Under the pieces are notes generated by a model. The model saw only the letters and a list, made by a program, of their open reading frames with translations, was not told the DNA's origin and ran no database searches. Shown here in pieces: positions 14,299 to 21,532 of a stretch of DNA of 22,878 nt. The DNA is from a virus, in IMG/VR virus record IMGVR_UViG_3300005607_000302. One strand, given 5' to 3'. The translations under genes were made by a program, and so were the position numbers. Position 1 is the stretch's first letter. Each line of letters starts with the position of its first letter.

Positions 14299-14554
14299 AC
14301 TTCCCTCCGATGTCCTCCAGTTCCTCCTGGACCACCCCGACGAGGTCCAGCACGTCCGCTACCGCATGAAAGACATGGAGGAACGGATGATGCGGCCGAT
14401 TCGCGAGGAAGAGGAGAGGAAACGACGTGCAGCCCTTCCCCTCAAGAAGTGCACCGCCCTGCCCTACACCAACTGCCAGAACATGACGCCGGGAGGCTAC
14501 ATCTGTGATGACTGCGCAGCCGAGTATCGAGAAGACCCCGACGCTTTCAAGTGA
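14264..14554 (+). CDS. Hypothetical protein, 96 aa, with a C-terminal CxxC...CxxC zinc ribbon
   Basis: The ORF overlaps the last 35 nt of the HNH gene. 'CTALPYTNCQN...CDDCAAEY'. Confidence 0.45.
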   Translation: MSKQPRISNERELPSDVLQFLLDHPDEVQHVRYRMKDMEERMMRPIREEEERKRRAALPLKKCTALPYTNCQNMTPGGYICDDCAAEYREDPDAFK

Positions 14555-14588
14555 GCCGTTCGACCTCGACGCCCTTGAACGAGAGGTC

Positions 14589-14912
14589 ATGCGACGGGCT
14601 GACTCCATGACGCCCGAGCTGCTGCCTCGCCTGCTCATGGCGTTGCTCAAACGTGACTCGTTGGTCTACTGCGAGCGGCACATGACGAAGCTGTTCCCGT
14701 ACATCCGAGCCCAGATCAGCCTGACCCGGGCCCGACGGAACTACTACCGGGACGATTGGGTTCAACCCTGCTCCCAAGACGCATCGCTTTACGGCATCGT
14801 CAGCTCGCCGGTCAGCACTGAGCGGCTGTACAAGATGGCACTTGAACACCGAGACAGAGTCCGCCAAGAATATCGGTCAACACCGTGCGTCTGCTTCCAG
14901 CCGCACCGCTAA
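14589..14912 (+). CDS. Hypothetical protein, about 107 aa. The track ORF starts at 14505; ATG 14589 with a GAGAGG RBS is favoured
   Basis: Coding bias is good. No motif recognised. Confidence 0.45.
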   Translation: MRRADSMTPELLPRLLMALLKRDSLVYCERHMTKLFPYIRAQISLTRARRNYYRDDWVQPCSQDASLYGIVSSPVSTERLYKMALEHRDRVRQEYRSTPCVCFQPHR

Positions 14913-14928
14913 CCCAAGGAACGACATC

Positions 14929-15336
14929 ATGAGCGAGAACGAGAACCAGGAACAGGCATCCGAGACGGTGCAGACGGAGAAGGAGAGCGCCGTCAACAGC
15001 ATGCTCTCCGCGATCGCGTCGCGCATCAAGGACAGCAACCCCGAGGTCGTGGAACGCTGGCAGGACGCCCAGGTCGAGAAGGAAGTCTCCACGAGGGTGG
15101 ACCTGCTCGACAAGGCGATGCAACGCCGGTTCCAGTGCCTCACCGAGCTCAACAAGGTCAACCGCCCCGACAACGAGACGTTCAACGCCGACGGCTCGCG
15201 GGCCAGCGCCTCCTACTCGAAGGACCGCCTCAAGGCGATCAAGGACGCGAAGGAAGCGCTCGCCAAGGTGGAGCACGCCCTCGAGAAGGCGTTGGTCCAC
15301 AACGAGTGGCAGAAGATCAAGGAGCTCAAGGGCTGA
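14929..15336 (+). CDS. Acidic coiled-coil protein, 135 aa. The start is placed at ATG 14929 with an AAGGAA RBS (track ORF starts at 14842)
   Basis: MSENENQEQASETVQTEKES..., Glu/Lys-rich heptad-like segments. Confidence 0.55.
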   Translation: MSENENQEQASETVQTEKESAVNSMLSAIASRIKDSNPEVVERWQDAQVEKEVSTRVDLLDKAMQRRFQCLTELNKVNRPDNETFNADGSRASASYSKDRLKAIKDAKEALAKVEHALEKALVHNEWQKIKELKG

Positions 15337-15370
15337 ACAAGCCCCCGCGGCGGGCAGTACAATCTGCCGC

Positions 15371-15733
15371 ATGACAGACGACGAAGCGAAGACACTGAGG
15401 GCGGCGCTCGATGAGAACGTCGCCCTTCGTGACAACTTGAGGTCGACACAGGAGCGGTGCAGCGCGCTGCTCACCGAGAACCGGGCCCTTCGCCACCAGC
15501 TCGCGACGATGAAGCTGCGGTGGCTCCAGCTGCTGGAGATGCCGTGCTGGGAGCCGGGACCCGATGATGGTACGCTCGTCTTGAACTACGAGGTCAAGCA
15601 CGGCGACCACAAGGACAACCGGATCATCATCGAACGAGACGTCAGCCCGCCGTCGCACCGTTGCGTCGAGAGCGGGCACTCGTACGGGCACGGAGACACC
15701 TGCTACTACTGCGGGCACAAGGACGAGACATGA
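15371..15733 (+). CDS. Hypothetical protein, 120 aa, with an N-terminal coiled coil and a His/Cys-rich C-terminus
   Basis: A good start follows a short intergenic gap. 'HRCVESGHSYGHGDTCYYCGH'. Confidence 0.55.
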   Translation: MTDDEAKTLRAALDENVALRDNLRSTQERCSALLTENRALRHQLATMKLRWLQLLEMPCWEPGPDDGTLVLNYEVKHGDHKDNRIIIERDVSPPSHRCVESGHSYGHGDTCYYCGHKDET

Positions 15734-16278
15734 GCGAAGACATCAAGTGGGTCAAGCCCTGGTGCAAGATGAACCTCGACGAGCTGGAGGATTACCGCGG
15801 CTTCGTCGTCGCCGTTCATCCGGAACACGGCATCATCAACGCTGCACGGAACGTCGCCACGCTGCACGAGCAGCTGGAGTTCACGAAGCGGAAGGTGCGA
15901 GCAAAGGTCGCCGTCGTCTACACCAGCGACTACCTGCCCCCGCTCGACGATGCTCGCATGGAGGATGACGACGGCGAAGAGCCGGTGCCCGAGGATCCGG
16001 ATCCCCCGCCCCCGCTCGCTCCTCCCGTCGATCTCTTCGACACGACCGAGATCACGCTCGACGGTTCACGGCACCCTGAGGCTCCGATCGAGGCCGAACA
16101 CGGTCTCGCCCCTCTTCCCAACGATGGCCCGGGACCCGAAAAGGCCACACCGTTCCCCAGCAAGGACCCCCAGCCGCCCTTCACGCCCCGCCGTGACCTC
16201 AGCAACCTGAGGGTCGATGGGGTCATGCACCCGGGTGCCCGAGGTTCCTGGGGCGGGCGTGGTCCTCGGTACGACTGA
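15730..16278 (+). CDS. Hypothetical protein, 182 aa, with a Pro/Asp-rich, probably disordered C-terminal half. Its ATG overlaps the upstream TGA (ATGA)
   Basis: MSEDIKWVKPWCKMNLDELEDYRGF..., 'EDPDPPPPLAPPVDL'. Confidence 0.55.
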   Translation: MSEDIKWVKPWCKMNLDELEDYRGFVVAVHPEHGIINAARNVATLHEQLEFTKRKVRAKVAVVYTSDYLPPLDDARMEDDDGEEPVPEDPDPPPPLAPPVDLFDTTEITLDGSRHPEAPIEAEHGLAPLPNDGPGPEKATPFPSKDPQPPFTPRRDLSNLRVDGVMHPGARGSWGGRGPRYD

Positions 16279-16290
16279 CCTAGTTAACAT

Positions 16291-16797
16291 GTGACTTGGC
16301 ACGTTTACGTTGACTGGACGCTTGAGGAGACGCCTCGACCATTTTACGTGGGAAAGGGCACTCCAGATCGTCTTCGAAAGAAGCAACGTAACATCGTTCA
16401 CTCTCGCATCGCGAAAAAGTACGGCATGCGACGCGAGGTTGTGTTGACAACTGATGTTGAGCGTCAAGCGCTTGATGTCGAAGTTCAACTCATTCAAGAA
16501 CATCGCACGTTTGTGGACGGCGGTACTGGTTGGTGGGGCGCCAATCTTACGTTGGGTGGCGAGGGCGTTTCGGGCACACACATCAACAAGGGTCGAACGT
16601 TCAGCGCCGAACATCGTCAAAAACTCAGTCAAGCTCGTCGTGGCAGGGCGCCTTGGAACAAAGGACAGCAAAACGTCTACACGGATGAAGCCCTTGCCAA
16701 GATCAAGAAAGCACGTTCACGTCAAGTCACATCAACGGAAACGAAGCAGAAGATTGCTGACGGTGTCCGTCGTTCATGGAGCAAACGATGCGACTGA
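16291..16797 (+). CDS. GIY-YIG homing endonuclease (I-TevI/Seg-like, with a NUMOD3-like motif)
   Basis: 'WHVYVDWTLEETPRPFYVGKG' is the GIY-YIG motif. 'SAEHRQKLSQARRGRAPWNKG' is NUMOD-like. Low GC. Paralog of the gene at 1011-1532. Coordinates are taken from the ORF track. Confidence 0.85.
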   Translation: MTWHVYVDWTLEETPRPFYVGKGTPDRLRKKQRNIVHSRIAKKYGMRREVVLTTDVERQALDVEVQLIQEHRTFVDGGTGWWGANLTLGGEGVSGTHINKGRTFSAEHRQKLSQARRGRAPWNKGQQNVYTDEALAKIKKARSRQVTSTETKQKIADGVRRSWSKRCD

Positions 16798-16802
16798 CAA
16801 TG

Positions 16803-17117
16803 GGACAGCTTCGAAAACTTCTGCGTGAAGTAGGGGCAAATAATTCGTGGCCGGGCCAGCCGTATGGTCGGAGCGTGACATCGCCCGACATCAACTCACG
16901 CGAACAGCTGGGCGCGATCTCGGCGAAGGCTATCGACACCGTGGCAGACCCGGACGGTCTGCCCGATCACCTGCTCGAACCCCAGGTGGACCCCGAGGAC
17001 TGCTTTGGTCCCGTTCCACCCGATGCAGAGCCCCCGTACGTGGGGCAAGATCCCTTCGCTCGGGACGTCAGCCCGAACCCGACTGGCACCATCAAGCGCG
17101 GTCCTACGCGCGTCTGA
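16803..17117 (+). CDS. Hypothetical protein (about 104 aa from ATG 16803; the track ORF starts at 16776). The N-terminal 'QLRKLLREVG' helix is followed by a Pro/Asp-rich tail
   Basis: It follows the GIY-YIG stop directly. The N-terminal motif resembles that of the ORF at 6547. Confidence 0.45.
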   Translation, partial: GQLRKLLREVGANNSWPGQPYGRSVTSPDINSREQLGAISAKAIDTVADPDGLPDHLLEPQVDPEDCFGPVPPDAEPPYVGQDPFARDVSPNPTGTIKRGPTRV

Positions 17118-17451
17118 CCTCGGCGTCGAGGCGGTCCCGTTCCCAAGTCCGTTGCCGCTCTTCCCAGACGGGATCAGCGATGCGACGGATCCATCCAAAC
17201 TTCCCTTCGTGCCAGGCGAGTCGTGCAGAGGCTCCGAGGAGCAGGAAGCGCCAGTGACCGACGAATGCATTCCTGGGCTCTGGAACGTACTCTTTGCCGA
17301 TGACAGTCCAGGGAGTCTCGCTCTCCCAGAAGACCGGGTTGGGGTCGGTGAACAGCGGCTTGTCTCCCTCGACCTTCTCGCGGACGAAGAAGAACATCAT
17401 GCCCGGGTAGATGTCCTCGTGGTTCAGCTGCTCACGTTCGGGGAAGTTCAT
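17104..17451 (-). CDS. Hypothetical protein, 115 aa
   Basis: Strong GC3 bias. Convergent with the gene at 16803-17117 (14-nt overlap). Confidence 0.55.
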   Translation of the reverse strand: MNFPEREQLNHEDIYPGMMFFFVREKVEGDKPLFTDPNPVFWESETPWTVIGKEYVPEPRNAFVGHWRFLLLGASARLAWHEGKFGWIRRIADPVWEERQRTWERDRLDAEVRRA

Positions 17452-17779
17452 CGTCCGTCACGTCCTCCATGCCCTGCTGGCGTGCGAACTCACGGATGAA
17501 GTTATCAAAAGCGAGGCGGATGACGCCGAGGTCGACCAGCGTCACCTTGCGCAGCTCGTGGTCTGACCACGAGAGCGTGTTGATGGCGGTGCCCAATGGG
17601 CGCTGGAAGTCAAATGCGGGTCGCAGCATCAGCCGCGTGTGTTCGGTGGACGGGTTGCCCGGTGTGATCGGGGGACTGGTCTCGATCTTCTTGGACATCA
17701 CCTGGTAGATGATGTGGTTCTTCAGGGTCGTATGCTCGGTCTGCTTGCCCGTCCACACGACGAGGTCGCCCTCATTCAC
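17432..17779 (-). CDS. Small protein, about 116 aa, with a KOW-like 'EGDLVVWTGKQ' N-terminus. The GTG start at 17779 follows a GAGAGG RBS (the track ORF extends to 17875)
   Basis: The GTG overlaps the upstream TGA (GTGAATGA). The motif relates it to the PGD-V family. Confidence 0.4.
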   Translation of the reverse strand: MNEGDLVVWTGKQTEHTTLKNHIIYQVMSKKIETSPPITPGNPSTEHTRLMLRPAFDFQRPLGTAINTLSWSDHELRKVTLVDLGVIRLAFDNFIREFARQQGMEDVTDDELPRT

Positions 17780-18062
17780 GGTCCATGCCTCTCGAGATAG
17801 CGATGTCCCTGATGATGTTGCCGAGTTGCTGGTAAGCTGTGCCGAGTTGGACAAGGTCAGGCGCCTCCACTTCATGCCATTGTACCCTCTTGTCCCGCAA
17901 GACGCTGGGTCCTGTCACCGTCCACACGGGTTCGAGCCAGATGTAGGCACCCGCTGCTTTCTTGACCCGCCACAGGACACCCTCTCCAGCGCCATTGAAT
18001 CGTGCCATGGTGACTATGTCCCCGGGCTGGTAGGGGTTTTCTCGAGGGCGGTTGGTGGGCAC
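17772..18062 (-). CDS. Small protein, 96 aa, PGD-V family (PYQPGDIVTMARFNGAGEGVLWRV)
   Basis: Family motif present. It lies immediately downstream of the MetAP gene. Confidence 0.5.
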   Translation of the reverse strand: MPTNRPRENPYQPGDIVTMARFNGAGEGVLWRVKKAAGAYIWLEPVWTVTGPSVLRDKRVQWHEVEAPDLVQLGTAYQQLGNIIRDIAISRGMDRE

Positions 18063-18066
18063 GGTC

Positions 18067-18834
18067 CTAGCTCCTAGAGGCTGCCGCGGTCCTTCCTATC
18101 AGGGGCAGCGTCAGCACCTCGTAACCCGTCTCAGTCACCAGCACCGTGTGTTCGAACTGCGCTGACAACGAGCCATCGACGGTACGAACCGTCCACTGGT
18201 CAGCGTCGATCGTGATGTCGGCAGTGCCCAGGTTGATCATGGGCTCGATTGTGAACGTCATGCCAGGGACCAGGATGGGCCCGCCGGTGTGAGCGAAGTG
18301 GTTGACGTGGAGCTTGTTGTCATGGAAGATGCGGCCGATGCCGTGGCCACCGAACTCCCGGACCACGCTGCACCCGTTGACGTTGGCCAGGCGTTGGATC
18401 TCGTTACCCACTGCATTGAGGGGTGCACCCGGTTTGACTTGTTGGATGCCAGCCAACATCGCTGAGTGGGTGACAGTGATCAACCTCATCGCCTCATCTG
18501 AGACCCGTCCGACAGCGACGGTGGCGTTGCAGTCGCCGAAGTGGCCGTCCAGGATCGTCGTCACGTCGATGTTGACGATGTCGCCTTCCTTGAGGACGTA
18601 GGGACCCGGGATGCCGTGACAGACCACGTCGTTGACGCTGGTGCAGCAGGACTTGGGAAAGCCTCGATAGTTGAGGGGCGCCGGGCGGCCTCCCCTTCTC
18701 ACTGTGTCATTGTGGACGATCCGGTCGATGTCTGCTGTCGTCATCCCCGGCCTCACCGAGGTGCAGGCGAGGTGCAGGGTCTGGGCCGCGTGGCGGCAGG
18801 CGGCACGCATCTTGGCGATGTCTATGGGTTGCAT
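18067..18834 (-). CDS. map: Methionine aminopeptidase, type I
   Basis: 'VCHGIPG', 'GDIVNIDVT', 'REFGGHGIG', 'GMTFTIEPM' and 'SAQFEHTVLVT' are colinear with E. coli MetAP. The metal-ligand residues D, D, H, E, E are all present. Confidence 0.9.
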   Translation of the reverse strand: MQPIDIAKMRAACRHAAQTLHLACTSVRPGMTTADIDRIVHNDTVRRGGRPAPLNYRGFPKSCCTSVNDVVCHGIPGPYVLKEGDIVNIDVTTILDGHFGDCNATVAVGRVSDEAMRLITVTHSAMLAGIQQVKPGAPLNAVGNEIQRLANVNGCSVVREFGGHGIGRIFHDNKLHVNHFAHTGGPILVPGMTFTIEPMINLGTADITIDADQWTVRTVDGSLSAQFEHTVLVTETGYEVLTLPLIGRTAAASRS

Positions 18835-19187
18835 GCTAGCTCCTTGATCTCCTCACGCAGCTTGTCGATCTCGGGATCGGGCCGCCACAGCCATCCTACC
18901 GCCTCGATGTCCTCGAAGTGGAAGATCTTGCACGACGGCAGATGGAGCAGCAACGCGGGCCACTTGCGGAACACCTCGCGGTCGAAGGTGCTGTCGGTCT
19001 CTGGGCACTCGCCCCACGAGGCGATGACCAGCCAGAGGTCGCCGTACTCCAACATGATCCGGTGGTCACTGATGTCGAACCGGGAGTTGGGCACTCGCCA
19101 CAGGCCGTTGTGGTCAGCATCTTCTCTGAGCTCGGTGGAGGTCAGCAGCTCGCCGGGGATGGCGTACATAGGAGCGCTTAGGGGCAT
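18822..19187 (-). CDS. Hypothetical protein, 121 aa
   Basis: High GC3. The stop overlaps the MetAP start by 13 nt. Confidence 0.55.
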   Translation of the reverse strand: MPLSAPMYAIPGELLTSTELREDADHNGLWRVPNSRFDISDHRIMLEYGDLWLVIASWGECPETDSTFDREVFRKWPALLLHLPSCKIFHFEDIEAVGWLWRPDPEIDKLREEIKELACNP

Positions 19188-19432
19188 GGCACGTAATCCC
19201 GGACGTCGTACCAGCCCATCGTGTTGTTGCCGAGAGACACCAGCAAAGCATCCTCCAGGAACTTGTCAAACCCAATGATCAATGCGACTTCGTTCTTCTG
19301 GCTGTACCTCAGGATGCGACCCTTGTTTCCCGGTGAGGTCCGGAAGGAGTGACCCGGTTCAAGCAGGACCAGGTCACCCGGCCGGGGTGCTCCGCTCTCC
19401 GCAAAGAGGCGAACCTTCTTGGTCCGGGTCAT
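19178..19432 (-). CDS. Small protein, about 84 aa, PGD-V family (APRPGDLVLLEPGHS). ATG 19432 follows a GGGAG RBS (the track ORF extends to 19471)
   Basis: Family motif present. 10-nt overlap with the downstream gene. Confidence 0.5.
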   Translation of the reverse strand: MTRTKKVRLFAESGAPRPGDLVLLEPGHSFRTSPGNKGRILRYSQKNEVALIIGFDKFLEDALLVSLGNNTMGWYDVRDYVPCP

Positions 19433-19453
19433 CCTGCTCCCATTTAACGGCAT

Positions 19454-19485
19454 CAGGCCGCCCCAGGACAACCCAGAGCGGCCTG
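19454..19485 (-). other. Perfect 8-bp inverted repeat (CAGGCCGC N16 GCGGCCTG) between the flotillin-like gene and the small gene downstream of it
   Basis: Seen in the sequence. No U-tract follows it on the minus-strand transcript, so it is not a canonical intrinsic terminator. Confidence 0.3.
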
Positions 19486-19503
19486 AATGGAGTCACCTAC
19501 TGG

Positions 19504-21459
19504 TCAGTCGGACGACTTCTCGGACGGCTTCCGGGCACCGTTGCCGTTGGCCTTGGGCTCGTGCTTGTCGCCCGTGATCAGGTTGGCGAGTAGGACGCTG
19601 GCGAGGTTGTTGATGCCGCCGCCTCCGCCCTCACCGCCACCACCTGCGACGATCTGCGGGACGAGCGGGTGCTTGCCGTTGGCGAGAGCCCGAGCGACCT
19701 CGATCGTGGCGTAGTTGGTCTGGTCGACGGCGAGCGCCTTGGCCTTGATGACCTCGGCTTCCGCCTGACCGACTGCGGTGATGCTCTTGCCGTTGGCTTC
19801 GCCGGTCATCTGGATGACCTTCGCATCGGCCTCAGCCTGGACCGTCTTCGCTGCGGCTTCCGCCTGGGCGTTGACCGTCTTCACCTTGGCCTGGGCCTCG
19901 GCCTTGACGACGTCCATGTCGGCGCTGGCCTTGGCGTTGATGACCATCGACCGCGAGTCACCTTCCGCCTTCTTCACGGCCTGCTGGGCCTCGAACTCGG
20001 CGATGGCGACCTTCCGTTCGGCGTCGACGACCTTGGCCTGCGTGGCGGCAGTCGCCTTCGCCTGCTCGAGGTCCTTGCGCTTCTCCTCGGCGAGGCGCTG
20101 GGTCTCGAAGGTCATCTGCTCCTGCTCGGCGATCTTGCGATCGGTGAGGGTCTTCATCAGCTCCTTCGGCGGCGTGATGTCACCGATGAGAGTGTCGACG
20201 GCGACGACGTTGTAGTCGGCCAACGCCTTGCTGATGGCGTTCTTGGCGTCGTCCTGGCGGTTCTTGCGGTCACCGAGGAACTTGATGACGTCCGAACCCT
20301 GAGCGGCGTTGCGGAAGTAGTTGCCGATCGTCGGCTCCAGGACCTGGGTGACCAGGTTGGCGACGTTGCCGAAGCGAGCGATCACCTTCGGAGCGTCCGT
20401 CCTGGGGATGTGGATGATCTGCGAGACGTCCAGGTTGAACGTGAACCCGTCGTTGGACCGCACCGTGATGGTGCTGAGGTTCTTGTCCAGCATGTGAGCC
20501 TCGGTCTTGCCGGTCGCCCAGTTCAGGACGATGTTAGCCGTCGGCACGCTCTCGACCCGGTGGGTGTACGGGTTGATCGGATAGCGACCGGGATCGAGGG
20601 GCTCGGCCCAGACGCCCTTCTCACCCTTGCTGACGAGGTTGCCGTGCTTGAAGGCCTCACCGGTGACATCGACGCCGGGTTTGCCGACGAAGGCGATGAC
20701 GCAGCCGGCGTGAGCGATGGGCACCTCGGTCATGTCGACTTCCTCGACCGTGGCGAACAGTGGGTTGATGAAGTACCGTCCCGCCAGGATCACCTGCTCT
20801 TGCAGGCCCTTCTTCCCTCCGTTGTCGAGGAAGATCTGCGGGTTCTGGTACATGTTGTGTCCGGAGATCTCGGGACCCGCGATGTCACCGGTGTCGAGGG
20901 GCGTGCCCTCCTTGGTGGTGACGACGCCGACCTTGTTGTCCTTGATCTCGGTGCAGTTGCAGAGGTTGACCTCGAACAGGCCGGTGTTGATGCGGTACTG
21001 CCCGGGCGGGATGATGGCGAGCTGTGGACCACGTTCGCCGCCGCCCAGCAGGAACTGACGAGCGTTCTGGAACGAGTCGCACTCGACCGTCTTGCCGAGG
21101 ATGCGCCCGCCGCTGATCGCCTTGCCATCGCGGCTGGTGACGACGCCGAGCTTTCCACGCTCGATGGTGATGAACTTCTGGATGTCGATCTGGTACTGCC
21201 AGGGCCACAGACCGAAGTGGATGCCCGGGGGCAGGGTGTCGGCTTGGACACCGGCCTCACCGTTGAGAGCGACGATCGCTCCGTCGGGGAGTGCCTTGTT
21301 GGCGCCGAAGAGGACGAACTTCTTGGTGACGATGCCGATGGCGTCTTCGGGGATGCTGACCATCCCGAACAGCCTCAGCACGAGCCGGTGCAGGACCAGC
21401 GCGAGGAGGACGAGGATGCCTCCGACGATGAGGGGCAGGTGGGAAACGACGGATTCCAT
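19504..21459 (-). CDS. Flotillin-like SPFH/band-7 membrane protein, 651 aa: an N-terminal TM helix, three 'PGxYxIN' beta-repeats, an SPFH domain, a long Ala/Glu/Lys coiled coil and a Gly-rich tail
   Basis: TM helix is 'LPLIVGGILVLLALVLHRLVL'. SPFH core is 'NIVLNWATGKTEAHMLDKNLSTITVRSNDGFTFNLDVSQIIHI...'. The coiled coil has flotillin-style 'EAQAKV/AEAAAK' repeats. Confidence 0.8.
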   Translation of the reverse strand: MESVVSHLPLIVGGILVLLALVLHRLVLRLFGMVSIPEDAIGIVTKKFVLFGANKALPDGAIVALNGEAGVQADTLPPGIHFGLWPWQYQIDIQKFITIERGKLGVVTSRDGKAISGGRILGKTVECDSFQNARQFLLGGGERGPQLAIIPPGQYRINTGLFEVNLCNCTEIKDNKVGVVTTKEGTPLDTGDIAGPEISGHNMYQNPQIFLDNGGKKGLQEQVILAGRYFINPLFATVEEVDMTEVPIAHAGCVIAFVGKPGVDVTGEAFKHGNLVSKGEKGVWAEPLDPGRYPINPYTHRVESVPTANIVLNWATGKTEAHMLDKNLSTITVRSNDGFTFNLDVSQIIHIPRTDAPKVIARFGNVANLVTQVLEPTIGNYFRNAAQGSDVIKFLGDRKNRQDDAKNAISKALADYNVVAVDTLIGDITPPKELMKTLTDRKIAEQEQMTFETQRLAEEKRKDLEQAKATAATQAKVVDAERKVAIAEFEAQQAVKKAEGDSRSMVINAKASADMDVVKAEAQAKVKTVNAQAEAAAKTVQAEADAKVIQMTGEANGKSITAVGQAEAEVIKAKALAVDQTNYATIEVARALANGKHPLVPQIVAGGGGEGGGGGINNLASVLLANLITGDKHEPKANGNGARKPSEKSSD

Positions 21460-21532
21460 GTGTTCTTTCTTCTTTCAGATGTGCGAAAGCCCCGGCCGCC
21501 ACAAGGACGACCGAGGCTGTTCGCGGTTGGGA

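Noticed and set aside
15337-15370. GC-rich stem-loop (CCCGC-G-GCGGG / GCGGGCAG...CTGCCGC) after the acidic coiled-coil gene
   Set aside because: The stems are imperfect and no T-tract follows. I cannot support it as a terminator.
16261-16320. Apparent one-base inconsistency between the printed sequence and the ORF-track translations around the end of 15661-16278 and the start of 16291-16797
   Set aside because: I could not resolve it without tools. It is most likely my own counting error. I used the track coordinates for these genes and did not infer a frameshift.
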